Positions 11,670 through 22,233 of a stretch of 37,095 bases of DNA are shown one piece after another. Under the pieces are notes generated by a model. It was not told the origin of the DNA. It saw only the letters and a list, made by a program, of their open reading frames with translations, and did no database searches. The position numbers and the translations under genes are program-made. Every line of letters begins with the position of its first letter. Positions within the stretch are counted from its first letter, which is position 1. Source of the stretch: Jimgerdemannia flammicorona (Eukaryota); NCBI GenBank assembly GCA_003990765.1, contig RBNJ01000196.1, forward strand, positions 1 through 37,095, in the 5' to 3' direction.

Positions 11670-13310
11670 AGCTGCCAACAACTTTTCTTATAGCATCAAA
11701 CCAATTTATTACATCGCGAGCGGATTTACATCACAATTGTAAACAACGGTGCACTACTCTGTCCTTGGTATGAAGACAGTTGTTCGTTACCACGTTGTAG
11801 GGTCCACCAGATTCTGCTGCATCTATCAAATCCCCAATGGTAACGTATCCCGTGGGCTTCTTTTTGTTATATATTGTACTAAACGACGTCGGATTAAGTA
11901 TACCACCATTCTTTAAATTCCAGCCTCCGCCCCAAAGGTTGTCCTCACTTATTCGACAAATGCTCACTCCAGGGTTGGCTACGCTTTCGATAATATAGTC
12001 TGCATCCGGAGTCTCAAGGAACACGCCCGAGTGTTGGAACTGAGTAAGGCCCCAAATGTCCCGATAATACACGGAGAAACTCGTCACAACCGTAGCTCTC
12101 GTAGCGGGATCTGCAGCGAAGTTAGAGCGTCAGTTTGGAATAGTAGTTGAACCGAATGCTGATATTTTAGTAATGACATATTCATACCATTTTTGTCTAT
12201 GCTTATCCCCCCAAATAAAATATTTGAGCTACACTCAGAGACACTTTGACTAGAGCCCATTGTCTACGATGAGGAGGTGAAGGTGAATAATATCCCGATT
12301 TTTACATCAGGATTTTGGAGCCAAATATATGTGATTGTGCGGCATACCGGCCGGGTTGCTGAAGTATCCGTATGTCATTTTCTCATTCGATGGCAGCTGG
12401 CCAGCAACAGCTAGTCAGGTGGCAGCTAGCCAATTAAACCTTGTCTTGTTATGGACATACTCCGAACTCTGGACAATAAGTGGCACATGCCGCCCCTGTG
12501 GTGTAACGCGAGAGAGAATCTCAGATCCTGGTAGAGATTCTACGACCATGAAATTGAAGCCTGTGTAAACCATATTGAGCGAGGCAATAAATTTCAATAA
12601 GCTCTACTGCAACACAGTATTCTCCAAATTCTTTTTTTATACAATCCTTCTTTCGTTCCTCCCTTCCAACTGTGGAGACACATCCCTCAATACCCCTCAA
12701 TACCCCTCATTTCTACAACAGTACTAATGTTGCCCGCATTCGTGACCTTCGTGATCATTCACCCCTTCTGCTTCCGAACGCATGCTAAACAATACAGCTT
12801 AAACTTCATTCACTCACCCCGTGTCATTTCTCCCGTCACCCTGCCTCCAAGTCTCCTACTATTGCTCACCATCTACGTTCATTGTTTTATTGTTTCAAAA
12901 CCTCCATTCCAACGTTACCTCGGTCAACCGGAGCCAGTTCATCGACGGTGCCGAACCTCAGAGTATCTCTAATCTCGCCGACCCCAGTGTCGAGGTTACG
13001 TGACACGTCGTCGCTGTCGCCAATATTAATTAACTCTAAGCTTCCATTGCCCTGGGATGCAATCCATCAGTGCTCAACGTATGACATGAAATGGGTACGT
13101 TATTGCAGTGTTCGAGGCACTTACGGTTCGATATTCTATTCCATGCTTCCTTAATCACCGCTTTTTTCTTTTTTGCACTCATTCACCAACGGAGAAACCC
13201 TCTGGGCAGATAACCTATATCAACTGCTTTTGTGCACCACAATTTGATGGCCAGCGATTACTGAAGGTGGTGGGAGACAAGAATTGGAAACATCAGTTGT
13301 GTTGAAGATG
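11670..13310. repeat. Segmental duplication, copy B
   Basis: Aligns by eye with 8305-9958. Confidence 0.9.
11731..12260 (-). CDS. 150-aa permuted papain-like (PPPDE/DeSI- or LRAT-like NlpC/P60) protein with an N-myristoylation motif
   Basis: Exon 1 12260-12188, 77-nt intron (gtatga...ctaac...gcag), exon 2 12110-11731, giving MGSSQSVSECSSNILFGGISIDKNDPATRATVVTSFSVYYRDIWGLTQFQHSGVFL...GPYNVVTNNCLHTKDRVVHRCLQL. HSGV precedes YNxxxNNCxH, the His-then-Cys order of permuted papain folds. Confidence 0.75.
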
Positions 13311-13475
13311 GGTACAACGATTGTGACCTTCGGTTGGCTTCGATGTCCTCCGCTGGACACTTGTCTTGCATTACCAAGATCTCACACCTGTACGGCCCAG
13401 GATCCCAGGGGTGATGCTTGCGGACATCGAAGCAGGAGGTGAGTATGCATTACCTCTTTGTTGGGGACCTCTACA

Positions 13476-13533
13476 CCGGTCTTGGCTACTCTAGGAGCCA
13501 ACTGACGAGCCCCTTGAGTAAGGGCGAAACCGG
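13476..13533 (+). ncRNA. Type III hammerhead ribozyme
   Basis: Stem III CCGGU(13476-80)/ACCGG(13529-33); cleavage triplet GUC (13479-81); stem I UUGGCU(13482-87)/AGCCAA(13496-501); core CUGACGA (13502-08); stem II GCCC..(13509-12)/GGGC(13522-25); GAAA (13526-29). Loop 1 UACUC is complementary to loop 2 GAGUA. Confidence 0.9.
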
Positions 13534-13577
13534 GGGCGGGGATACCTTTTAACGTACTCAATATTCTTTTCGGGGGG

Positions 13578-13600
13578 TTTTTTTTTTTTTTTTTTTTTTT
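13578..13600 (+). repeat. T23 homopolymer preceded by G6
   Basis: cggggggttttt...tttt, ~45 nt downstream of the ribozyme. Confidence 0.9.
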
Positions 13601-13849
13601 GGAGCGGGTGTTTGACAAAATAAAATAAATAAAAAACACTGATCATCTTTTTTAACTTCCTCTCCATTTCTCTTTCAACTTCGGCCCCTTCCCGTCTCGC
13701 GGCGAGCACTAGTCCATGCGAGACTCTTCTCGGAACTGTATGTATATGTGCAAGATGAGGATTGTGTGGGTAGGGCCGAAGTAGACGGTGGTGAATGACG
13801 GTGAGATGGGGAGGAAGGGGAGAGGTTTGGACGCCAGGGCGCAACGCGT

Positions 13850-15190
13850 AAGCAAGCAGATTGGCTTGGATGGAGTGGCACGAAATCAGGAATCGCAAAG
13901 TGCACATATTGTTTGTACCCAATGACCCAACAACCAGCTCCTGCTCATCTTCCAAATGGCATGATCCTTTTTAACATCAAATAGAAACTCAAAATCTGCT
14001 TCTTCAAGTCCTCTCCTTTTCGAGCAGTTCACATATGACTGTCCTCTTCAGGTCGGCCTCCTCATCTTCTGGGACATTGCCCTCATACCCAAATCGCCGT
14101 CAAATCCCAGTTGCCATCGCAGTCATTCGGTGTCATGGTACTCACCACTGGTAGCGCACTACGGCGATTATGAGACAGGTCCGTTGTGGAACTGCGGGAT
14201 CCTCCATGACTGACAGTGCAAAATGGGGGAGGATGTGCCGAGGGAGACACGGGTGGAGGTGTGAATTGAAGGTTTGCATGATAATGGGGAGATGGCAGTC
14301 AAATTGAAGAGCGGGTGCGTCCTCCGGTATTCCGTTATAAAGTGGGGCTGTGCCGAGAAAGTGAATGTGGAGATGGTGGAGGTGGCAGACTATGACAGGC
14401 GGGGCGGCCGAGGCGCGCGATACGATTTCGAAGGACATGATGGATATGGCAGATTAGGATGGCGATTTGGAGGAAATGAGAAGCGGTTAGGGAGGGATGA
14501 AAGTGACAGTTTGATTAATTTCTCCCCGTATCCTCTCGTTGATATCTGAGAGCATCACTCACCTTCGCTAACGACAACCTCTGCACTATCATCGAGCCCA
14601 ACGTCTGAATAACCATCAGTTCAATGGCGAAGTCCAGACTACCGTTCATCAGGATCGTCCATCAAGGTCGTCCATGGCGAGGTAAGACGTGCTTTCCGAA
14701 TCGGACGCATCTTGTATAAAAACATGACATTGAGGACTATCCTAATATGCTAGAAAAATTCTTGAATAGGATTCAACGCTAATACAAAACCGTTACAATT
14801 TTACGTCCTTCCCCTCTAACTCACCACTTCCAACTGCCATTATCCAATGACCTAGCAACTGGCCTATTCAGACGATTGATAGTACTCTCTCAAGCTGTTC
14901 TAACATCACCATGGGCAGCATTATCTCGGGCTCATTCGATGACAACACAGGAAGCTCCATCTTATGCACATTAGACAACAACACAGGCAGCTCCATCTCG
15001 AGGTTGTTTGAGTGTAGATCATGTTACAATTCCACTCGCAGTTTTATCAGATCTGCTGATTACACCACGTTTACCAAAACAGTGCCACTGCCACGAGAGC
15101 CAGATAGCTGACGAAGGAACCAAGTGCCAGGGCTGCAATACCACCGGAATAATTATTTCCCGAGACAGTATCACTTGTAGCCTGATTTAA
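13850..15190 (-). pseudogene. Possible decayed spliced gene of unknown family
   Basis: Protein-like fragments (FGYEGNVPEDEEADLKRTVICELLEKER; GLEEADFEFLFDVKKDHAIWK; MDDPDER..DVGLDDSAEVVVSE) next to GTGAGT donors at ~14825, ~14561 and ~14145, interrupted by stops. Confidence 0.25.
14897..15002 (-). repeat. Three imperfect 36-nt tandem repeats (EMELPVLLSNVH / KMELPVLSSNEP / EIMLPMVMLEQL)
   Basis: Units gagatggagctgcctgtgttg / aagatggagcttcctgtgttg / gagataatgctgcccatggtg on the minus strand. Confidence 0.65.
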
Positions 15191-15259
15191 GAGTAAGGTA
15201 GAATTGGTGAAACTGGTGAAACTGGTAAATGGTGGAGTGAATCCGGTCTTTTGTTACCA

Positions 15260-15820
15260 ATTAGCTATATCAAGTATATAGAGATTATTTAAATAATAAT
15301 TTCTATAATCCAAATCTATCATAATGATCATTTGTATATTTATTATAATAGTTTGATTATTTGAGAAGAAAAGCAATATATGAAATGAGAAATTTATAAT
15401 TATTCAAAAAAGCAAATAAATAAAAGGATAATAAAGCAAAAACTTATCAATATATATATTTTTCAATTATAATAAAATATTATTAATAGATAATATTACC
15501 TAATTATATTAGTAATATAGATATTGGTATAATTTTAATTAAAATCTCTAAAATAAATATTAAAATATTATTAGAAAATAAATAAGTAAAAAAAAAATAA
15601 AAAAAAAGTATTAATAGTAAATTAAAATTATAAAAATTAATATAATGATAAAAATATATAAATTATAATATAAAATATTTATTTTAAGATACTTAATATT
15701 TAATATTATAATACTCTTTTCATGAGTTACTATTATTATCTTTACTAAAATTTATATTATTGTTAAAATTTAAATAAAAAAAAAATGAAATAAAATAATA
15801 TAAAAAAAAGAAAAATATAT
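15260..15820. other. AT-rich tract (insertion site of the Gypsy element; continues at 28445-28680)
   Basis: Almost pure A/T on both sides of the element. Confidence 0.7.
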
Positions 15821-15952
15821 TGTGACGTATGCAATTGAAAACGGAGTACCGGTGACTGCTAAGATCAGATGACATAATGGCATGACAATCTAATAGACAG
15901 CCTGACCTATTAGGTGACTATCCCAAAAGAAGGCAAGATAATCCAAGCCAAA

Positions 15953-17014
15953 ATGAAGACCACATTATTTAAGGAACCATACTCTACCTCAGGGATCAGC
16001 ACCAAAGAACCAAGTACCCACTACACAATGCCTCCCATTCGCTGATCCAACCAGACCTCCCGCCGCTCTACCCCTTTGCCTGGCCCAAAGACCCTGATCT
16101 TTGAAGCTATCAAGAAGGCCATCTGGTGCCCAGATACTTCCGAACACTTGAACTTCTATACTGAGGACCTTGGACACTTCATCAACTACCGGTATATAAT
16201 GACCCAACAGCTCAAAGACACTACCAAATGAATGACCCTCTGGCATGACTATGAAATCAGACACCGCCTTCGCAATGAGACTCAAGAAGGTGACCAGGAA
16301 GACCTCATTGCCGAAATGTTAACCACCAGCCGGCTAATCAAGAGAGCCCTCCATGTCCATCAAATCTTCCACCATATTCCCTGGGCTATAGCACACTTAC
16401 AAGGAGTAACAGCTGGCAGCCTCTCCTGCCTTTCAACTGAAGATACTGACTGGATAGAATCTGAAGTAGCGAATGCTATTGGCAGCAACTGCATTGCCAT
16501 AGGAAGCCAACAAACCGAACCTACTCAGCCAGGTTTCCACACTACCCCACTCCGAGACAACCATCAAGGTCACCTAATGAGTCTTATGGAGATATTTGAA
16601 GGACCACCCATTACCATAGAAGCACCCATTGGAGCTACCCCAACCACCCACCACCTTGACAGCCACAATTCACACCTCATCATTTGGGAACCGAATCAAG
16701 AAGAAGCCCAAGAAGTTCCTGTCTTTAAAGAGGAGGCCCAAGAACTCCAAGACCCTGCCCCTGAAGAAACCCCCTCTGATACTGAAACTGACGAGTCTTC
16801 AGAAGAAGAAGAGGAGCAACAGAGAGTCTACCAGTCCTCTGTCTGCATTTAAGCTGTTCAAGGGTTGGAGAATGTTGTTGAAGATGACTGGCCACTTTTC
16901 TACCCCCTCACCTCTTGGCTGGCGCTTCCCCCCTTTGAGGAGAGATATGATGAAGAAGAAATCACAACCCAGCAAGATTTGCCCGCCACGGATGAAGGGT
17001 ACTATTTCCTCTAG
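15953..17014 (+). pseudogene. LTR (U3)-encoded ORF of unknown function, 5' copy (353 aa from ATG 15953, 328 aa from ATG 16028)
   Basis: One frame. Stops at 16043, 16229 (TGA) and 16850 (TAA) are CGA/CGA/CAA in the 3' LTR copy. Confidence 0.75.
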
Positions 17015-17039
17015 AGTACCACCCATCAGCCATGAGAAC

Positions 17040-17255
17040 CCAGCTTTTGTCAGCAAGTCCATTTCTAGTGTTGCTACCCAGTACCACCATTTTCAGCATT
17101 TTGTCAGCAGATCCAAATTCAGCATTGCCCCCCTCTACAACTGTTTCTGGCAACAATCATCATATCATGTCAGCTCATCCGAATTCAGCATTGCTATCTA
17201 GTGCCACCATTTTCAGCATTTTGTCAACAAGTCCGAATTCAGCATTGCTATCTCC
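17040..17255 (+). repeat. Imperfect ~52-68 nt tandem repeats in LTR U3 (cagcattttgtcagcaagtccgaattcagcattgc)
   Basis: Four related units; the same array is at ~27303-27518. Confidence 0.75.
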
Positions 17256-17380
17256 TACAACCCAATCCATAGTAAACAATAGCCTGCATCTCGCATTGTG
17301 CAAACCAATAGCATAAGTTCGCCACAACATAGTATACCTTAGCCTTAGTCACGCCCCCTCCCCCATAGCTAGCAAACTTG

Positions 17381-17412
17381 TATAAATAACCCATATTCTT
17401 AGAGTGAATAAA
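17381..17412 (+). promoter_or_regulatory. LTR TATA box (TATAAATA 17381-88) and AATAAA (17407-12)
   Basis: Both motifs are conserved in the two LTRs (3' copy 27644-27675), downstream of the U3 repeats. Confidence 0.55.
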
Positions 17413-18210
17413 CCTCAGCCAGTTTGTGTTTAAAAGTAAAAAGAAATTACTGAGAAACCTCACTGCCTCCAAGAGACCAGATAAATTCTGAGAACAAGAT
17501 AACAACCTAGAGCAACAGATCACTCAGAAGTTTGAGTTAAAGAATTTTCTCTTGCCATGGAAAGAAAACATTACCCGACCGCTGCCATTCGGACCGCCAC
17601 TCGACTGCTGCCATTCGGACTGCCACTTGACCACCATTCGAGACCCAAGTGACCCAGCCAAGGATTCAAGAACCGCCGCCATTCGAGTCCACCATTCGCC
17701 GCCATTTGAGATTCAAGACCCCGAAAAGCCAAGGAACTCAAGGATACCAGTACAAGACCCACCAGCTAGCAAGAACAACCGCCAGGAACCCTTTCAAGTT
17801 AACAAGTCAAGATGGACGAGCGAGCCATCAACCTCCGCTTCTCCGATTCCTGACCTACTGCACCACGAACTGCTTAAATTCAAGTCCGCTGTCATCGCCA
17901 AGTTAATCGACTGCATATTCTGCTAAGTTTATCGCCGTCAGCACACCCAAGTAATCACTCTCTGTTAGCAACAACACCTTTTTCCACTGAATATTGAGCC
18001 ATTGAACAATCGAGCATTCTTGATTTCAACCACAATCGTTGAATAACCGAACGACCTATTATCAATTACCACACAAATCGAACGACCCATCACGTGACCA
18101 TCAACCCGTAACCACCGCGAACACACTCAGTTATACATCGTGCACTTTGCCAAGTGGCACACATTGAGCCATGTAGTCGAAGTTCATTATACATAACCAA
18201 CACCACATTT

Positions 18211-18227
18211 TGGGGGCTCAACTGGGA
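18211..18227 (+). promoter_or_regulatory. Primer-binding site, tRNA-Pro type
   Basis: TGGGGGCTCAACTGGGA starts 3 nt after the LTR and resembles the classical Pro PBS TGGGGGCTCGTCCGGGA. Confidence 0.8.
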
Positions 18228-21200
18228 AAGTTTTCAAAAGACTTGACCATTTGGCTCAAGAACCCAGCTATCTACAGTGGAGAACTTAGCAGGACCAAGT
18301 CAGCAACCAAACCAGGGGCAGCAGCAGTCCTCCTCAGCAGAAAAGAAAGCCCACACCCTTGTCAGAACAGTAGCCAGGACCCTATTCAACAACAGTAGCC
18401 AGAAAACTGAATCAGAAGAAAGAAGTGACCCAGATTATGGTTTGACTTCAAGAGAAAGGAGACGACTCAGAGGACAACCAGAACTGCCCCTTCAAATCCA
18501 AGACTTAGGCCAAGAAGAAGAAGAGGATATCCCCGAGGAGTATCAGACCCTTATCTATAGGAAGAACTTAGACAGAAGCGACTACATAACTACTGTTGTC
18601 ACTCGAGTCACTCTACTAGACCGGGTATACTTTGAAACATCAGAAGGAGAAGAGGACTACCATCCATATCAACTAGAGCAAGACGACGATTGGGGATCAG
18701 ACCATCAAAGAGACGAATTCAACCTATACTATTACCTAAACAGTGACACTGACCCACAACAAGGTGAACAAGACCTCACTACTTCACAACAGCAAGGGGC
18801 AGACGAACTCACTATCAGTTATATCAGTCCACTCCCACCATCAGTTGCTCGAACTTCAGTACCCTGGTCACTCACACCTCGCCACTATCATCAGTCTATC
18901 AGAAGATCTCTACCACTACCCAGGACTTCAACCCCAGCATTAATTAGAAGAGTCAGATTACCCTCACCCTCACCAAGACACTGCCCTCTGCCAGCACCAC
19001 TAGATCATCAAGTACTAGCACCACTACCTTCCCCATCACCCTGAGGATCTGCCAGATCCCATACCCCTGAACAATACTCAGATAGTGAAGACGAGCCAGA
19101 CATGAGCTACCTTCAGAAGTTCCATGGTGCAGACAATGAAGACATCGAGGAATTCTTTGGAGAAATTGAAGTTCAAGCAGCTGCCAAACAATGGGATGCT
19201 GTAAGAAAACTCAGAATTGTGGAGTCACTCCTGAGAGGACTGGCCCTACAGAGGTATAATGAAGCCAAGTAAGCCGGAGGAGGAATCCATACAGAGGAAC
19301 TGAATGATGGCCTTCAATCTGATAGAAACCATGTAGCAAGATACATGATTCACAAAGCCTGGCTCCATGCCCAGTTCAATAGATTCGAGTGCCAATAAGA
19401 AGCACAGGAGACTTTGACCTATATGAGCCAAGCTGCCAATGAAACTCCTAAGAGTTTCTACCATCAGATTCCATCTCAAATAATCAAGGCGAATCTTCAA
19501 CCAGCAGTCCAACTGGCCCTAGCCTCAACTACCTTTCTCAATGGCTTATACCCAGAACTCCGAAGGCAAGTTATCAGGATGGGATATCGAAACATTGAAC
19601 AGCAAGTTGCTGGAGCACAAGGATGTTGGGAAGCAGATTATAGACCAGTATAACAAGTACAAGGCTATCCTGAGCCAATCCAAGCCGAAACCTCAAGGAC
19701 CCGAGGAACAACCATGGAGCAAGAGAATGCCTTCCTCAGAGCCCAGATAGCCAACTATGAGAACAGACCAGCACCCACAAATCCGACTCCATTCAGGCAA
19801 CCACAGCAGCAGCCACCATCAAGAGTTCAAGAAGACCCCATGATAATGCTCACCAAGCAAATGAAGGACCTGGCCATTGCGGTTGCCCAGCTGAACAACC
19901 AAGGTAGAAGACAACAAGACTACCATTGTGATAACAGACCAGACTACCGGCAACAAGACAACAGAGGTTCCGCCCCCACACTACCAGCTGCAACTACAGC
20001 CTCATCAGCGACTGGTTCCTATGGTCCCACCTACTTCAGCTGTGGAAATCAAGGCCACATCCAGAAGAATTGTCCAAGGAACCAATCCACCCAGTCCAAT
20101 GACAGAAATGTCAACCTCTTTCAGGTAGATGAAGAGACTCAGGAGATGGAAGAAGAAGCAGCCTGGCTCCATGGTCAAGAAGATGACATCTACCTGTACT
20201 TCGAGGCTTTTCCATCCAAGGTAACATGGGAAGCTGCCCCAGCAGAGACCAGAGGATGAGGAAGACCACGAAGGAATCCCCCACCTCAACTGCCAGTAAC
20301 AATATCCACAGGCAAGCATCCGCGACATGGCCATTCTTCTTCAGACACTCCACAAGAACAGGAGAAGCGAGTGAGAAGAGATACCCCTGAACCAGAAGCT
20401 GGACCATCTAGGACAACCCCCAGCTCTACCCTGCCAGATCTTGAAGAAGACGAGCATATGAGCATAGAATCTTCAGCTGACGAAATGCCCATCAGGAATG
20501 AGAGACTACCCCCCAAGGGACCAAGACACCGAAGAAGTAGCAAGCCCCATGCAGCAGCCTCACTTTGGGAACATATCTGTCTACAGAATGCTGGTCTTAC
20601 AGTTGAGCAAGTCCTCAAGAACGCACCAGAGGTCAGGCGAAAATTCCTGAAGGAAGCCAAGGAAGATACCAAGAGACTTCCAGTCCAAGGACCACACACT
20701 CAAGAACCTAGCACTATTCACACAGTCCATGAGAGCCAGCGACATGAACATCAATCTACAAGACTCGCCGATGGAAAAGTGCATGGTGAAAATGCCAGAA
20801 TTCTTGTTGATACTGGAGCAGCAGTATGCATCATCACCCAAAGAATGTTGGAGTGAATTGGATGGGGAATAGATAAAGGAACCAAAGCAAGAGTTATCAT
20901 GGCTGACGGATCAGCTTCCACACCCCTTGGACTTGTCAGTGACATTCCCATTCAAGTTGGAAAGGCCCGCCTCAATGTACCCAAAGCTGTCGTGACCCCC
21001 ACAACCTCCTATGACCTGATCCTGGGAACTGACTGGTTAAGCCAAGTTGGAGCCAATGTAGATATCAAGAAACAACTCCTGGTCTTCTCCATTCATGGAC
21101 AGAAGCACAAGATACCCATTGACTCGAAAGGATCATCTAAAAGGACAAATCAAGCCTCAGAAACAGAATGGTAAGGACACGGCGACACCCCCACTACTAC

Positions 21201-22233
21201 TGAGGATGAAAGCGAGGCCAATTTCCTACAAGAACTAGGAAGTGATTTCGATGCCCCAAGGGACCAAGAAAGCGAACAAGAAGACTCTTTCATTGGAGTT
21301 ATTGGTGTTGAAGGCCTAGAAGAAAGCATTGATAGAGCCATTAATGCAAGGGCAGTACTTGAGTTTGCAGGACCTTCTGCTCAACCACCACCACCACTGG
21401 TAGAAAATCGGATCATGCAAGCCTTTTGTCGAGGCACATGTGAACACTTCATCAGCTTCCACTCACTAAGAGATGATTGCAGCAATTGCCAAATCCTGGA
21501 TCTCAAGAAGGTTCCAATGCCAGAAATTGACAACAAGGACGAATTGAAGCAAGCACCATTCCACAGCCGAATACAACCTCCAACCCCGAAGACCTTCAAG
21601 AAGACCTATAAGGAAGGACAGAAGATCCTTGCCCGCCAAACATTCGAGTCCCTTACCATCGAAGGAGAAAGCAACAGCTCTTACACTATCACCTGGGCCC
21701 TCCAGATCACACAGCCCACCTATGACAAGTATCGGAAGAGATTTCCTACCAGTAGGGAGGTCAAACAGCGAAATGAAGACTTTGTTAAGAAGGGACATTG
21801 TGATTGTGGAAAAACCTTTACCTGCTACTGGTGTGAACATCAAGATGTTCACCTCAGCGAAGATGTCTACAAGAGCCGAGTCAAGAGAAAGGATCCCACC
21901 CTGCAAGAACCTCAAATTTGCTGGGCCTGTCGGAAGTGCAAAGAAATCAACTATGAAGGAGACTGCAATTTCAAGAGCAAGACCTCTATCTGAGACCTAC
22001 TATTGGAAGTTCTTGCCATCATTCACTGGTACTGCTGCCCTCATCAAGGAAAAGAAGGTGTCAATCTTACCTTCATCCTTTTGGAAGCTCTGGACCCTCT
22101 AGGAAAGACTGGATTCAATTACACAAGAAACTCAAAGACAGGAGCTCACTGGCCTTTCTTCAAACCAGAGTACATGGACTTCTCACCTACAATGGCAACA
22201 GCTGAAGTACCATTTCTCAAAGCTCAACCAATT

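Larger units (their letters stand above)
15821..18207 (+). repeat. 5' LTR (2387 nt)
   Basis: TGTGACG...CACCACA; colinear with 26084-28444. Confidence 0.95.

Noticed and set aside
11865..11908. Possible extra short intron in the PPPDE-like genes that might rescue copy A
   Set aside because: Donor and acceptor phases are incompatible in both copies
13311..13380. HDV-like ribozyme resemblance (gtcctccgctggac) and a weak Pol III B-box resemblance
   Set aside because: P1, P1.1 and P2 could not be built convincingly; the box match is imperfect
13382..13955. Minus-strand ORFs with a poly-Lys run
   Set aside because: The Lys run comes from the T23 tract; no domain signal
14630..14660. CUGAUGA on the minus strand as a second hammerhead core
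   Set aside because: No following stem II-GAAA or matching cleavage-site helix
15203..15235. Three 9-nt repeats (tggtgaaac) as DNA transposon subterminal repeats
   Set aside because: No partner terminal inverted repeat or transposase found
16788..16815. CTGACGAG followed by a small hairpin in the LTR (CTGATGAG in the 3' LTR)
   Set aside because: No C-GAAA closing stem II and no stems I or III; it simply encodes TDESSEEE in the LTR ORF
16629..17201. Overlapping 190/217-aa Lys-rich ORF open in both LTRs
   Set aside because: TTG start; most simply a shadow frame of the acidic tail of the LTR ORF running into repeats
17040..17255. Repeat-spacer appearance suggesting CRISPR
   Set aside because: Imperfect tandem units inside an LTR, eukaryotic context, no cas genes
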